DNA from: Felis catus
Taxonomy: Eukaryota
DNA length: 64,000 bases
Direction of reading: 5' to 3'
NCBI RefSeq assembly: GCF_018350175.1
Contig: NC_058377.1
Coordinates: forward strand, 114,204,001-114,268,000
Part shown: in pieces, positions 1-10,780 of the stretch
Position numbering within the stretch: the stretch's first letter is position 1
Layout of the letters: each line of letters opens with the position of its first letter
The notes under the pieces: generated by a model
Databases searched by the model: none
What the model was told of the DNA's origin: nothing
What the model saw: only the letters and a program-made list of their open reading frames with translations
Translations under genes and position numbers: made by a program

Positions 1-2308
1 CCCAAAGCCACCCAGTAAGGGAGGGGTTAGGGAGCAGTCGCGTGGGAACCCCTGAAAGGGGTGGGTGAGAGGCAGTGAGACCTCTGTGGTCCCTGTCACC
101 TTGTTCACCCTCTTCCTCCCCCTCGGGAGGAAGCCCCAACCGGAGAGGGGCTGAGCGCGGCTTTTTAAGGCCCCGCTGAGGTCTTTGAACAGGAGGCCCA
201 GCCATCCCCGCAGTGGCCAAGCTGCAGCCCAAACTGGGGACAGAGCTAGCACCCTGCTGTTCCAGCTCCCTCCAAGGCACCCATCCCCCCCCCCCCCCGA
301 GGCCTCCCGGGGCACAAGGCTCCCACCAGGACGGCCTCTGCCACACCGGGCCCGGCTCCTAGCTCTGGGCTGCTGCCAGTGGGGTCCGCATCGGCCCCAG
401 GCCTCCTGAAGAACTCAGCTGGCCGGCCAGCGTCCAGCCCGTCCCATGGGCCTCAGGGGCCCCAGTGGGAAAGGCAGTGGGAGCAGAGCTGGTGGCCTCC
501 TCCCGACCGTGAGTGAGAATCCATGTCCGGCCTGGCTCTACCAACTCCTCACCGAGCCACCCCGGGCAAGTGCCCCCTCGCCGGGCCTCCGTGTCAGCCC
601 ACGAGATGGGAGTGGGGGCAGGGAGAGATTTCACTGCCTTACTTTTCTGTTCCCACCTTGTGTGCATTTTTTGGGGTTTACTAACAAGTACTGGGCCACT
701 GCATAAAAGAGACCCTTCAGCCCCCCAAGTTCCCCCCGCTCCCCCCAAGTCCCCCCACCCCTGCCCTCATACAATGGCAGATGAGTGGCAGGGGCCACGT
801 GGCATGCCACCACAGTGAATCCACGGTTCCTGTGACAGGGAACGTGCAAAGATGCCGTCACTTGAAGGAAGTAGTGCCTGGAGGAAGGGGCATCTGACAG
901 AGGCCTTGAGGGATGAGCAGGAGTTCTCTAGAAGGAAGGGCATTGCAGAGAGATGGAACAGCATGGGCAAACTTCTATAATGTGACAGAGCATACTGGTT
1001 CGGGCCACACAGGTCATTTATTGACCAGGCATCTGCCCTGGGTCAGGTGCTCTTTGGGCTACAAAGCGGGGTTAGTGTGGGGAGAAGAATGGGGCTGGGT
1101 CAGCCCTTGAGGGTGAAGAGAGCCGACCAGGCCGACACCTCAGAAGGGCTGCTGGGAGGCTGGCATCGCAGATCCAGGAAGGAGTGGCGGTTCTCCCGCT
1201 GGGTAGAGGTGGCAGGCTGGGTGGCGGGCACAGACCGAAGGGCAGTTCCTAACCCAGCAGGCCAGAGACCGCCCTGCTCCCAGGTATGGCCTGCAGGTGA
1301 CCCTGTGGGGTTGGGTCCTCAAGGGGCAACCTGAGTGGTCTCCACCTGCTGCCTGCCAGGTACTCTGTCCACGTGAGGTGGGGCGGGAGCTGGCAGAAGG
1401 CCTCACCTGTATCTGGAAAGACAGTTCTGAGGATGGCTGGGGATGCTGAGAGAGAATGGGCATGATGGTGTGCGTGGGGGGTGACACTTCCTACCAGGCA
1501 TTGGGACAGCGGGTCACGGCTCGGCCTGGGAAATCCTGCCACCCTTCCACTCTTGCCGCCTCCTCTTGCGGGGGCTCCCCTGGGCCCTGTCTTCCAACCC
1601 CGGCCCCTCTTGAGCCTGCTCTGGTGGCTGGAGAAGATCCTGCTGGGGTCAGGGCACCCCCAGCCCCTGGACGCCTCCTCCCCTTTCCTGGAAATAGAGG
1701 AAGATGGGGCTTCCTCCCAGCACTTCGCCCCACCCTGGCCTCTGGCAGGGGCGGGAGGGGGGGGGACCCCAGGAGGCGGGGCCGGATGGGGACCTCTCCA
1801 AAGGCCAAGGCGGGGCAGGGGCAGGACCCGCCAGGAGGAGAGGCGGAGGCTGGCCAGGGCCAGGACCTGCTGGGACCCCAGGCCAGCACTGGGGGAAGGC
1901 TGAAGACCAGCGCTGAGGCAGGTCGGACAGGCAAAAACACTGCAGATTCGTCTTCTTTTGAAAAGCTGGGAGACCTGGCGAGGCTCGGCCTGGGGTCCTT
2001 GGCAGCAATAACCAGTGGGAGATCATCTGGATCTTGGGGGCCTTTGCTGATGGGACAGGGGAGCCAGGAGAAACTTACCTTCATGAGGTCATTTCTTGCC
2101 GTCCTGAGCTGGACGGCAGAACAAACAATAAAATGGAAAACGTCTCCGTCTGCGGGAGAAAATCTACCCGATATTCAGGCCTGTGAAGGCAGGACACATT
2201 TTCTGTGCTTAGTCTTCTGCCGCGGAGGGTCCAGGAAGAGGGAGTTCTTCTAGGAGTGAAGGTCCAGGAGAGCCAAGGTTAGCAGCTCCTTTGAAAATCC
2301 CAACAGGT

Positions 2309-2540
2309 GGGGCACCTGGGTGGCTCAGTCGGTTAAGTGGTTAAGTGGTTAAGCGGCCGACTCCAGCTCAGGTCACGATCTCACAGCTCGTGATTTCGAG
2401 CCCCGCGTCGGGCTCTGTGCTGACAGCTCGGAGCCCCGGGCTGCTTCGGATTCTGTGTCTCTCTCTCTCTCTGTCCCTCCTCCGCTCATGCTCTGTCTCT
2501 CTCTGTCTCAAAAAGAAATAAACATTAAAAAAAAAAAAAA
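2309..2540 (+). mobile_element. SINEC (Can-SINE), felid type
   Basis: GGGGCACCTGGGTGGCTCAGTCGGTTAAG head, (CT)n, A tail; degenerate TSD GAAAATCCC(A/G)AC. Confidence 0.97.
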
Positions 2541-2801
2541 TTAAAGAAAATCCCGACGGGAGATTCAAGCGAGTGGAATTCAAGTGATTCACCATTTGGG
2601 TGGGGAAAGTTCCAAGTCCCGTCTTAACGATTCATTCCTTAAAAAAAGAAGCTTGCCTGTCACCTAAGAAATTGGTGTTTAGTTAATGACAAGTCACATC
2701 TAGATTAATGACACTCGGCAAATCTATAAGTCTTTGGGGACTTCCAGAGTCCCATCTAAATCCCAGGGCAAGCATGTCATATGTGACGAAGGAACCACCC
2801 C

Positions 2802-3200
2802 TGTTACGGGCTGAACTGTGTGCCCCAGAGGAGGCATGTGGGTGTCCCAACCCCCGGACCCTGTGAATATGACTTTATTTGGAAATAGGGTCTTTGCAAG
2901 ATAAGACACGGTCATTAGGGCGGCCCTGACCCGATGGCCGGTGTCCATATGCAAAGAGGGAAGTTTGGACTCAGACACAGAACCCACGCAGGGGGAAGGC
3001 GGTGTGGAGAGGGCGGCAGAGAGAGGAGCGAGCGGTCCGCAAGCCAGGGAGTGCTGGCAGTCACCAGACATGCAAGGAAGATCCTGCTGCCACCTCGATT
3101 CCGACTCCCGGGCCCCAGGACTGCGGAGCCATGCACTCCCATGGTTTTAAGCCACCCAGTCTGTGGCCGTTTATTACAGCAGCCATAGGAAACTGACACA
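2802..3200 (+). mobile_element. MLT1 (MaLR) solo LTR, MLT1B/C-like
   Basis: TGTTACGGGCTGAACTGTGT start, TTATTTGGAAATAGGGTCTTTGCA, TTTTAAGCCACCCAGTCTGTGG...AAACTGACACA end. Confidence 0.9.
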
Positions 3201-4894
3201 GCCTCCCACCAAAATCCGAATTTGTTTTTTTCCTAAAGGTTGGATCTCCACCCAGAAGTCCCAAAGTGACAGCCAGTATCCTGGGGGGAGGGGGGTGGCT
3301 GGCACATCATCTGAACTCGAGCATAACGATGAGACTTCGGACGGTGAAGAAAACACGAGAAGTCCTTCATTCGAAAGGTCCCACCCTTCTTTAGGTGCCG
3401 GATGCCCTCAGGTGAATAAGCAAGGTGGATTCCGGGAGCGGAGGCACCGGCTGGCTCTGGTTCTCCGTGGGTGCCGGCTGGCCGAAGTTGTGAGCAGGGG
3501 CGTTGCAGTCACCTGCACGTTCCAGGATGGAGGAGGAGGAAGGAGACCTGGGAATGCCAGGGGGGAGGGGGGAGGGGGACAGACCCGGCCCTCAGGCGTC
3601 CCAGGGTGTAACCTGGGCCAGCGTGCTGAGCCACACCTGTAAGAGAGGTCCCTGAGGGCCCCCGCCTGGGGGGATAGCGACGGGGTACACCGAGCACGAG
3701 CCTGGTGCCTGGCTGGTGGCGAGCACCCCGGAAGCGATCCCAGGTGATATCGGTTATTGGTGTCCCTGTCACTACCTTGGCCCTGAGCCCTGGCCACCCC
3801 ACGGGCCCCAAGTCCTCTCCCTTACCACCTAAGCCAAGTGCACCACCAAGGGGCTTCCTGCTTTCTGCAGGGGGAGGGTGCTGAAGCCACTGTCACCCAA
3901 CACCCAGGGAGGAGAGCCCCGCTGGGAAGCAGCGCACAGTGGGAAGATGGGGGGCTTGGGAGCAGAAGGTTCTGGGATCCCATCCCCCTTGGGCCGGTCC
4001 CCGCCCCTCAAGGAGCCTCAGTCTCCTGCCTGGCGACCACTGCCCAGACGCCGTGGGGTTTAAGCGAAGGAGCGCGTACAGGGCAAAGCTGGCCTGCTGT
4101 GGGTCTGCAGGAGGGCGTCTCGGTGTTTGCTGAGGGCTTAGGAGGGTTGATGCCGCAGGAAAGACAGCGGCCACCCACCACGGAAGCGCTCATGGGACTG
4201 GCTTCCTGAGTACCCTTCCCAAAGTGTCCCCCCCCCCCCAGGCCAGCTTCTCAGAAAAGCAAACGCTGACCCTCTGGGGTGGTGGGAACGGAAGGGCTGC
4301 CGCAACCAGCCTGCCACCCCCCCGCCCCGGCCCCCGCTGCCCCTGCACTGCCGGCGCGCACCCTCAGCCTTACTTGGGACTGTACCCGGCACAGGAACCC
4401 GCTCAGGAGGCAAGAGGGAGCCATTGTTCTCCGGCCTCCAGAGTGGAGGAGAATGTGTGTCACGAGGCGCGCCCCGTGCCAAGGCCTCCTGGCGGGGCGG
4501 TCAAGCACGGGGAGGGGGTGCCCTGGACCGACCCAGGCTGTGGGCAGGGGCCCGGTGGGGGGCAGTGAGTGAGCCCGAGGGACAGACAGGGTCAGTCCAG
4601 ACAGAGGCAGTGAAAGAGGAGGGAGGGCCCCGGGTCAGCGGGTCAGCCGTTGAGCAGAGACCCCGCTTTCCCCTGAGACTAGGCCGCGCGTTCGCGCTTC
4701 TACTACAGGTGTCAGCCTCCACCCGCAACAGGACCATTTCCCTGGGGGGAGTTCCTGCCGGTCCTCGTCTAGAGCAAAGCAGAATTGGGCAAATTCTGTC
4801 TCCCAGCCCGGGAGCTCCCGGCTGGCACGGCCCCTGGGAATCTGGGCAGAAGGCGGGTGCCTGGTGGAAAAGGTGAGGTTGTGGACTGGAGCCT

Positions 4895-5250
4895 GTATGA
4901 GTAAGAAAGGAACACAAACTGGGCGGCTTAACACGACAGAAATTCATTGTCCCACAGTTCCGGAAATCGGAGCCCCCGAGTCTTTCGGGCGGGCAGGGCT
5001 GGTTCCTCCCGAGGCTGTGAACGAGGATCCGGCCCAGGCTTCCCCCGCCTCGTCCTCCCCTGTGTCCTCACGCTGCCTTCCTAACCCTCTGCTCCCGCTT
5101 CCTCCCTTTTTATAAGGACACCTGTCGTGCTGGATTAGGTGCCCACCCTCGTCTCTGTGTCCTCATCTGAACTAATTTAATCTGCAATTACTCTCTCTAC
5201 AGGGAAGGTCCCATCCTGTGGTCGTGGGGGCAGGGGACACCCAGCATTCT
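4895..5250 (-). mobile_element. MLT1 solo LTR, MLT1B/C-like
   Basis: GGCGGCTTAACACGACAGAAATTCATTGTCCCACAGTTC and TTTTATAAGGACACC...GGATTAGGTGCCCACCCT antisense MLT1 hallmarks. Confidence 0.8.
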
Positions 5251-5304
5251 TTGTCCCTATCATCGGCGTTATTGTGTCTGACGTATTATATGTCTCATTT
5301 TTTC

Positions 5305-5455
5305 CCATTGACTGTCGGCTCTCAATAGCCTGTAAGCTCCATGGGGGTAGATTCTTGTCTGCTTTGTCTGCCCACCGTATTCTGAGCACCTTACGAGTGC
5401 CCGGCATAGACTTGGCACTCAGTACTTATTTGCCAAATGAATGAAGGAATGAATG
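5305..5455 (+). mobile_element. L2 3' end fragment
   Basis: CTGTAAGCTCCATGGGGGTAG...GGCATAGACTTGGCACTCAGTACTTATTTGCCAAATGAATGAAGGAATGAATG. Confidence 0.75.
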
Positions 5456-5492
5456 GAAAGAAGGAAGAACGGATTGAAAATCCTACAAGTCC

Positions 5493-5736
5493 GGGATGCG
5501 TGGGTGGCTCAGTCGGTTAAGCGTCCAGTGTCAGCTCAGGTCACGATCTCGCGGTTCGTGGCTTCAAGCCCCGCATCAGGCTCTGTGCTGACAACTGGGA
5601 GCCTGGAGCCTGCTTCTGATTCTGTGTCTCCCTCTCTCTCTGCCCCTCCTCTGTTCACGCTGTCTCTCTCTCTGTCTCTCTCTCTGTCTCTCTCTCTCTC
5701 AAAAATAAATACACATTAAAAAAAAAAAAAAGAAAA
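5493..5736 (+). mobile_element. SINEC
   Basis: Full head-to-tail copy; 17-bp TSD GAAAATCCTACA(A/G)GTCC at 5476-5492 and 5737-5753. Confidence 0.97.
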
Positions 5737-6909
5737 GAAAATCCTACAGGTCCACCTCCTGCTTAAATAGACCGCAAGCAGGGCTTTGTGGCCAGAGAAG
5801 TCACAGAGGGGCATGCCGCCGTCCAAGACCTGAAGGACACAGACAGCGAGGTTCCTGTCATTCTCATCCTCCCCCCGCCCGCGCAGGAGGTGGAGGGGTG
5901 TCAGTGATGGACAGTGTGCTTGCAAGTTTAAAAGACACGACTCCAACCGCGGCTGTCCTTCGAGATGTGGTGTCCTTCCTGGAGCAGGTCGGCACATTTG
6001 TTACGCAGCTACGGGTCTCACGGACGCGACGCGCCCCGCCTCAGAGCAGCGCGCTGTCCTGTGGCCAGACCAGCAGTGTGCCCCTGCCTTCACGCCGCGG
6101 GGTCAGATCGTCTCCTGTTTTCCATCCCAGTTTGGTCCGCGCAGATTCTGACCGTCTCGGCACCCCTCAGGGTCTCACACCATTCCACCGGATGATGGCT
6201 TCATGCCAACAGGCCGTGGAGCCCAGGACTTGGTGACATTTCGGGAGTTCAGTGGTCTGGGAATGTCAAGATATCCCCTGCAAAGTGGAGGACAAATCTT
6301 TACGCCTTGATCACCGTAACGGCAGGAAGAAGACAGGCATCCGGACGAGGGTATCAATTAGGTAATTGCCTTTTACTTCAAGTAACAGCAACAGGGAAGA
6401 ACAGTGACGTAATCAAGAGTTTTTCCGTTAAAAGGAGTCCAGAGGCAAGAAGTTCGGGACTGCTGTGGGGGTCCCAGAGCAGAAGCGGGAACCCCATTCC
6501 GTCCTGCTCCTCTGCCTCCTGGTCCTGGCAAGCACTAATGGAAGAGAGAGATGGGGGGGGGTCCGGGTTTTGGAGCAAAGCCATGTCACCTGAAAAAATA
6601 AATGGCGATTCTTTGAGATGCAAGTTTTGGCTTGCCACCGGGCACAATTCAAACTGTACATCAGACGGGGGGGGGGTGTCACACGACCATGCGATCTGAG
6701 CTGCTCATTAGGGACTGGGTGACACGGGCTGTAAAGTGGGGTGTGCCTAGCCATGCGCCATCATCAAGAGAAAGGGGATTGACCTTGAGCCCAGGTAAAT
6801 TGCCAGGAGCAGGTAGGCCACACTCCCCATAGGCCCGGTCACACCTGCCCGCTTCCGCACCTCCAGCCTGCACCGGTGAGCTCGCGAAGTTTCCTATGAC
6901 ACATGTGGC

Positions 6910-7020
6910 AAGGGTTATTCCCATTTCTCCAGCAAAGACGCTGAGTCACGGGGACATTAAGCAACATGTGCAAGTCACCCGGCAGGTTCGAGGAAGAGCC
7001 AGGGTCTGACTTCCGGACTA
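6910..7020 (-). mobile_element. MIR core fragment
   Basis: TTATTCCCATTTCTCCAGCAAAGACGCTGAGTCACGGGGACATTAAGCAAC...CAAGTCAC resembles the antisense MIR core. Confidence 0.6.
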
Positions 7021-7089
7021 CCGAGGGGACGAGGGGACGTGGGACAGCCGGTACACGGCAGGGGCGGGAAGGAAGACGATGTAACCACA

Positions 7090-8400
7090 GCCCTTCCCAG
7101 GACTCCCATGCCCAGGGGACCCGGTTGGCGAAGACGGCGGTGGCCCGAGGCCGGCGGGGTCAGCGGGAGCTCGGAGTCCTCGGGGATGGCGGTCTAGGTC
7201 GCCGCACCAGGCGGAGGTGCAGCCTGACGAGGGGCTGGCGGAGGGCCACTCCGTGGGAGTGGGCCACGGCCACCCGTCGGGTCGCAGAGATGAGGTCCCC
7301 GCGCAGGGCTGCGTGTCCTTCCTTTCCGAGATATGACGGGCTCGGCGACCATCCTCTTCTGCCATCTGTCTCCTCCCTACTTCAGTGGTTGTCGGTGGCC
7401 AGGGTCGCACACGACGCAGGGGCGTTACGGTCGCAGAGCGCGCCTTTCCCCCCCTGTCAGCAGCCTGGGCGCAGGGACAACGCGGTTAGGGCGAAGCAGC
7501 GAAGCGGGGCGGCCTCGGGCCTCCCCTCCGGGGTCCTCGCCTCGGCAGGCGGGGTGCGCCCCCCTCTCCAGAAGCGTCCGGCTCCTGGCTCAGCCGAGGC
7601 GCGGGAGCGGGAGCGGGAGCGGGAGCGGGGCGACCCCGGCCGGCCGCCCCTGGGCCCCGCGCGGCCACACCGCCGTCCCCGCCGGCCCTCCTTCGCGGGG
7701 GGTCGGTGGGGGGAGGCAGCCGTGCCAGGCGGGGGTCCCGCGGGCCGTCGGCCACTGTCACCCCCACAACGGCGGAGGACGGCGGCTCGCCCGAGTCGCC
7801 CGCGACCCGGCCCCGTCTTCTGGCTCCGCGTTCTTAGAGGCAGCCGCCCCCCTCCGTCCCCCGACGTGGCCCCGGCTGGCTCCGGTGCCTCGGGCATCGC
7901 GCCCCTGCACAAGCCCCGGGCGCCCCGGCACCTCTCTTCGGAGGCTTCTGGAAGGGAAGCCCGCGGCCTCCCGGTTTCCCCGTCACGGTGACCTCAACAC
8001 GACCCTGGCCTCCCGCTGCCGCAAGGGACGCTGGGAGGACACGGGGTCGCCGGCGGCCCGCGGCTCTGGGGACGGCGGGACAGCGGGGGGCTCACCAGGC
8101 CCGTCGCCTGGTCCCAGAAGCCGCCCCCCACCCCGCCCCCGCCCCCGCCCCCGCCCCCGCCCCCGGCCGCGCCGCGAGCTGCCGCTGTCCCCCCACCCCC
8201 ACCCCCCGGGGCTCCCCTTTCCCTCAGACCCCCCTGCGGGCGACGGCGGGGGGAGGGGGGACCCGTGTGACGCGTGAACCGTCGCGTCCGCAGGGACCGC
8301 AAGGTGGCATCAGGGGACCTGAGGGGAAGGGACTTGGGGGGGCGGGTCCTCTGACAGCGGGAGGGGCTGCTTCCCTCGGGCCTGGAGGAGGTCGGTCCCA
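7090..8400. promoter_or_regulatory. Upstream CpG island separated from the MOB2 promoter by the minisatellite
   Basis: Dense CpG/GC; (GCGGGA)4 at 7601-7624; tandem CCCCCG GC-boxes at 8131-8165. Confidence 0.75.
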
Positions 8401-10655
8401 GTGAGGGGACATCCGGGGTTGTGAGGGGACACCCGGGTGTAAGGGGACATCCGGGGTTGTGAGGGGACATCTGGAGTTGTGAGGGGACATCTGGAGTTGT
8501 GAGGGGACATCTGGGGTTGTGAGGGGACATCCGGGTGTGAGGGGACATCCGGGTGTGCGGGGACATCTGGGTGTGAGGGGACATCCGGGTGTGAGGGGAC
8601 ATCCGGGGTTGTGAGGGGACATCCGGGGTTGTGAGGGGACATCCGGGGGTGAGGGGACATCCGGTGTGAGGGGACATCCGAGTGTCAGGGGACATCCGGG
8701 GTTGTGAGGGGGCATCTGGGGTTGTTGAGGGGACAGCCGGGGTTGTGAGGGGACATCCGGGTGTGAGGGGACATCCGGTGTGAGGGGACATCCAAGTGTC
8801 AGGGGACATCCGGGGTTGTGAGGGGACATCCGGGTGTGAGGGGACATCCGAGTGTCAGGGGACATCCGGGGTTGTGAGGGGACATCCGGGGGTAAGGGGA
8901 CATCCAGGGTTGTGAGGGGACATCTGGGGGTGTGAGGGGACATCCGGGTGTGCGAGGACATCTGGGTGTGAGGGGACATCCGGGTGTGAGGGGACATCCG
9001 GGGGTGAGGGGACATCCGGGGTTGTGAGGGGACATCCGGGTGTGAGGGGACATCCGGGGTTGTGAGGGGACATCCGGGGTGTGAGGGGACATCTGGGGTT
9101 GTGAGGGGACATCCGGGGGTGAGGGGACATCCGGTGTGAGGGGACATCCGAGTGTCAGGGGACATCCGGGGTTGTGAGGGGGCATCTGGGGTTGTGGGGA
9201 CAGCCGGGGTTGTGAGGGGACATCCGGGGTTGTGATGGGACATCCGGGTGTGAGGAGACAGCCAGGGTTGTGAGGGGACATCCGTGGGTGTGAGGGGACA
9301 TCCGGGTGTGAGGGGGCTTCTGGGGTTGTGAGAGGACAGCCGGGGTTGTGAGGGGACATCCGGGGTTGTGAGGGGACATCCGGGTGTGCAAGGACATCTG
9401 GGTGTGAGGGGACATCCGGGGTTGTGAGGGGACACCCGGGTGTCAGGGGACATCTGGGGATGTGAGGGGACACCCGGGGTTGTGAGGGGACATCCGGGTG
9501 TGAGGGGACAGCCAGGGTTGTGAGGGGACATCCGGGGTTGTGAGGGGACATCCGGGTGTGCAAGGACATCTGGGTGTGAGGGGACATCCGGGGTTGTGAG
9601 GGGACACCCGGGTGTCAGGGGACATCTGGGGATGTGAGGGGACACCCGGGGTTGTGAGGGGACATCCGGGTGTGCGAGGACATCTGGGTGTGAGGGGACA
9701 TCCGAGTGTCAGGGGACATCGAGGTTGTGAGGGGACATCCGGGGGTGAGAGGACATCCGGGGTTGTGAGGGGACATCCGGGGGTGAGGGGACATCCGGGG
9801 TTGTGAGGGGACATCCGGTTGAGGGGACATCCGGGTGTCAGGGGACATCTGGGGATGTGAGGGGACATCCGGGGTTGTGAGGGGACATCTGGGGATGTGA
9901 GGGGATATCCGGGGGTGAGGGGGCATCCGGGTGTGAGGGGACATCCGGGTGTGAGGGGGCATCTGGGGTTGTGAAGGGACAGCCGGGCTTGTGAGGGGAC
10001 ATCTGGGGTTGTGAGGGGGCATCTGGGGTGTGAGGGGACATCTGGGGTTGTGAGGGGACAGCCGGGGTGTGAGGGGACATCCGGGTGTGAGGGGACATCT
10101 GGGGTGTGAGGGGACATCCGGGGTTGTGAGGGGACATCCGGGGTTGTGATGGGACATCCGGGGTTGTGAGGGGACATCTGGGGATGTGAGGGGATATCCG
10201 GGGGTGAGGGGACATCCGGGTGTGAGGGGGCATCTGGGGTTGTGAAGGGACAGCCGGGCTTGTGAGGGGACATCCGGGGTTGTGAGGGGGCATCTGGGGT
10301 GTGAGGGGACATCTGGGGTTGTGAGGGGACAGCCGGGGTGTGAGGGGACATCCGGGTGTGAGGGGACATCTGGGGTGTGAGGGGACATCCGGGGTTGTGA
10401 TGGGACATCCGGGGTTGTGATGGGACATCCGGGTGTGAGGGGACAGCCAGGGTTGTGAGGGGACATCTGGGAGTACGAGGGGACATCCGGTGTGAGGGGA
10501 CATCCGGGGCTGAGGGACATCTGAGATGTGAGGGGACATCTGGGGTGTGAACGGACCGTCCGTGGCGTGAGGGGACGGTCTGTGATGTGGGGGAACATCC
10601 GGGCCTGTGAGGTGATATCCGAAGTGTGAGGGGACATCCGGGGTGTGACAGGACA
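8401..10655 (+). repeat. G-rich minisatellite (VNTR), unit about GTGAGGGGACATCCGGGG(TT), mostly 18-20 bp, roughly 115-120 units
   Basis: Directly visible tandem array; first unit 8401-8420 GTGAGGGGACATCCGGGGTT. Unit count estimated as length divided by ~19. Confidence 0.98.
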
Positions 10656-10780
10656 TCCTGGGCCGTGCGATTAACTGTCCCGCAGTAGGGAGCGGGGCGT
10701 CGAGGCCGCCCTCCGCCCGCATCCCCCGCCACGCCCCGCGCCGGCTCCCTGGCTGGGCGGGCCTGGCCTAGAAGCCGCCG

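Noticed and set aside
2121-2135. Identical 15-mer ACAAACAATAAAATG at 2121 and ~27847
   Set aside because: About two chance 15-mer matches are expected in 64 kb, and the flanks are unrelated.
2802-5250. Inverted MLT1 LTR pair as an ERV remnant or hairpin
   Set aside because: Opposite orientation excludes one provirus, and both are too diverged for stable pairing.
2293-5753. Two SINE TSDs both begin GAAAATCC
   Set aside because: Explained by L1 endonuclease TT/AAAA target preference; the rest of the TSDs differ.
6966-8277. 341-aa and 314-aa + strand ORFs in the upstream CpG island; possible DUSP8 last exon
   Set aside because: Low-complexity Arg/Gly/Pro products of GC-rich DNA. No DUSP8 C-terminal motifs (e.g. 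FKRRSCQMEF) are present.
8401-10655. CRISPR-like or NF-kB-site array interpretation
   Set aside because: No unique spacers and the DNA is eukaryotic. GGGACATCCG misses the 10-bp kB consensus at the last base; the ETS match is better.
7994-10732. Long - strand ORFs (262-473 aa, MSPHNPGCPLT repeats)
   Set aside because: They are translations of the minisatellite in several overlapping frames, with no gene structure; not called as CDS.
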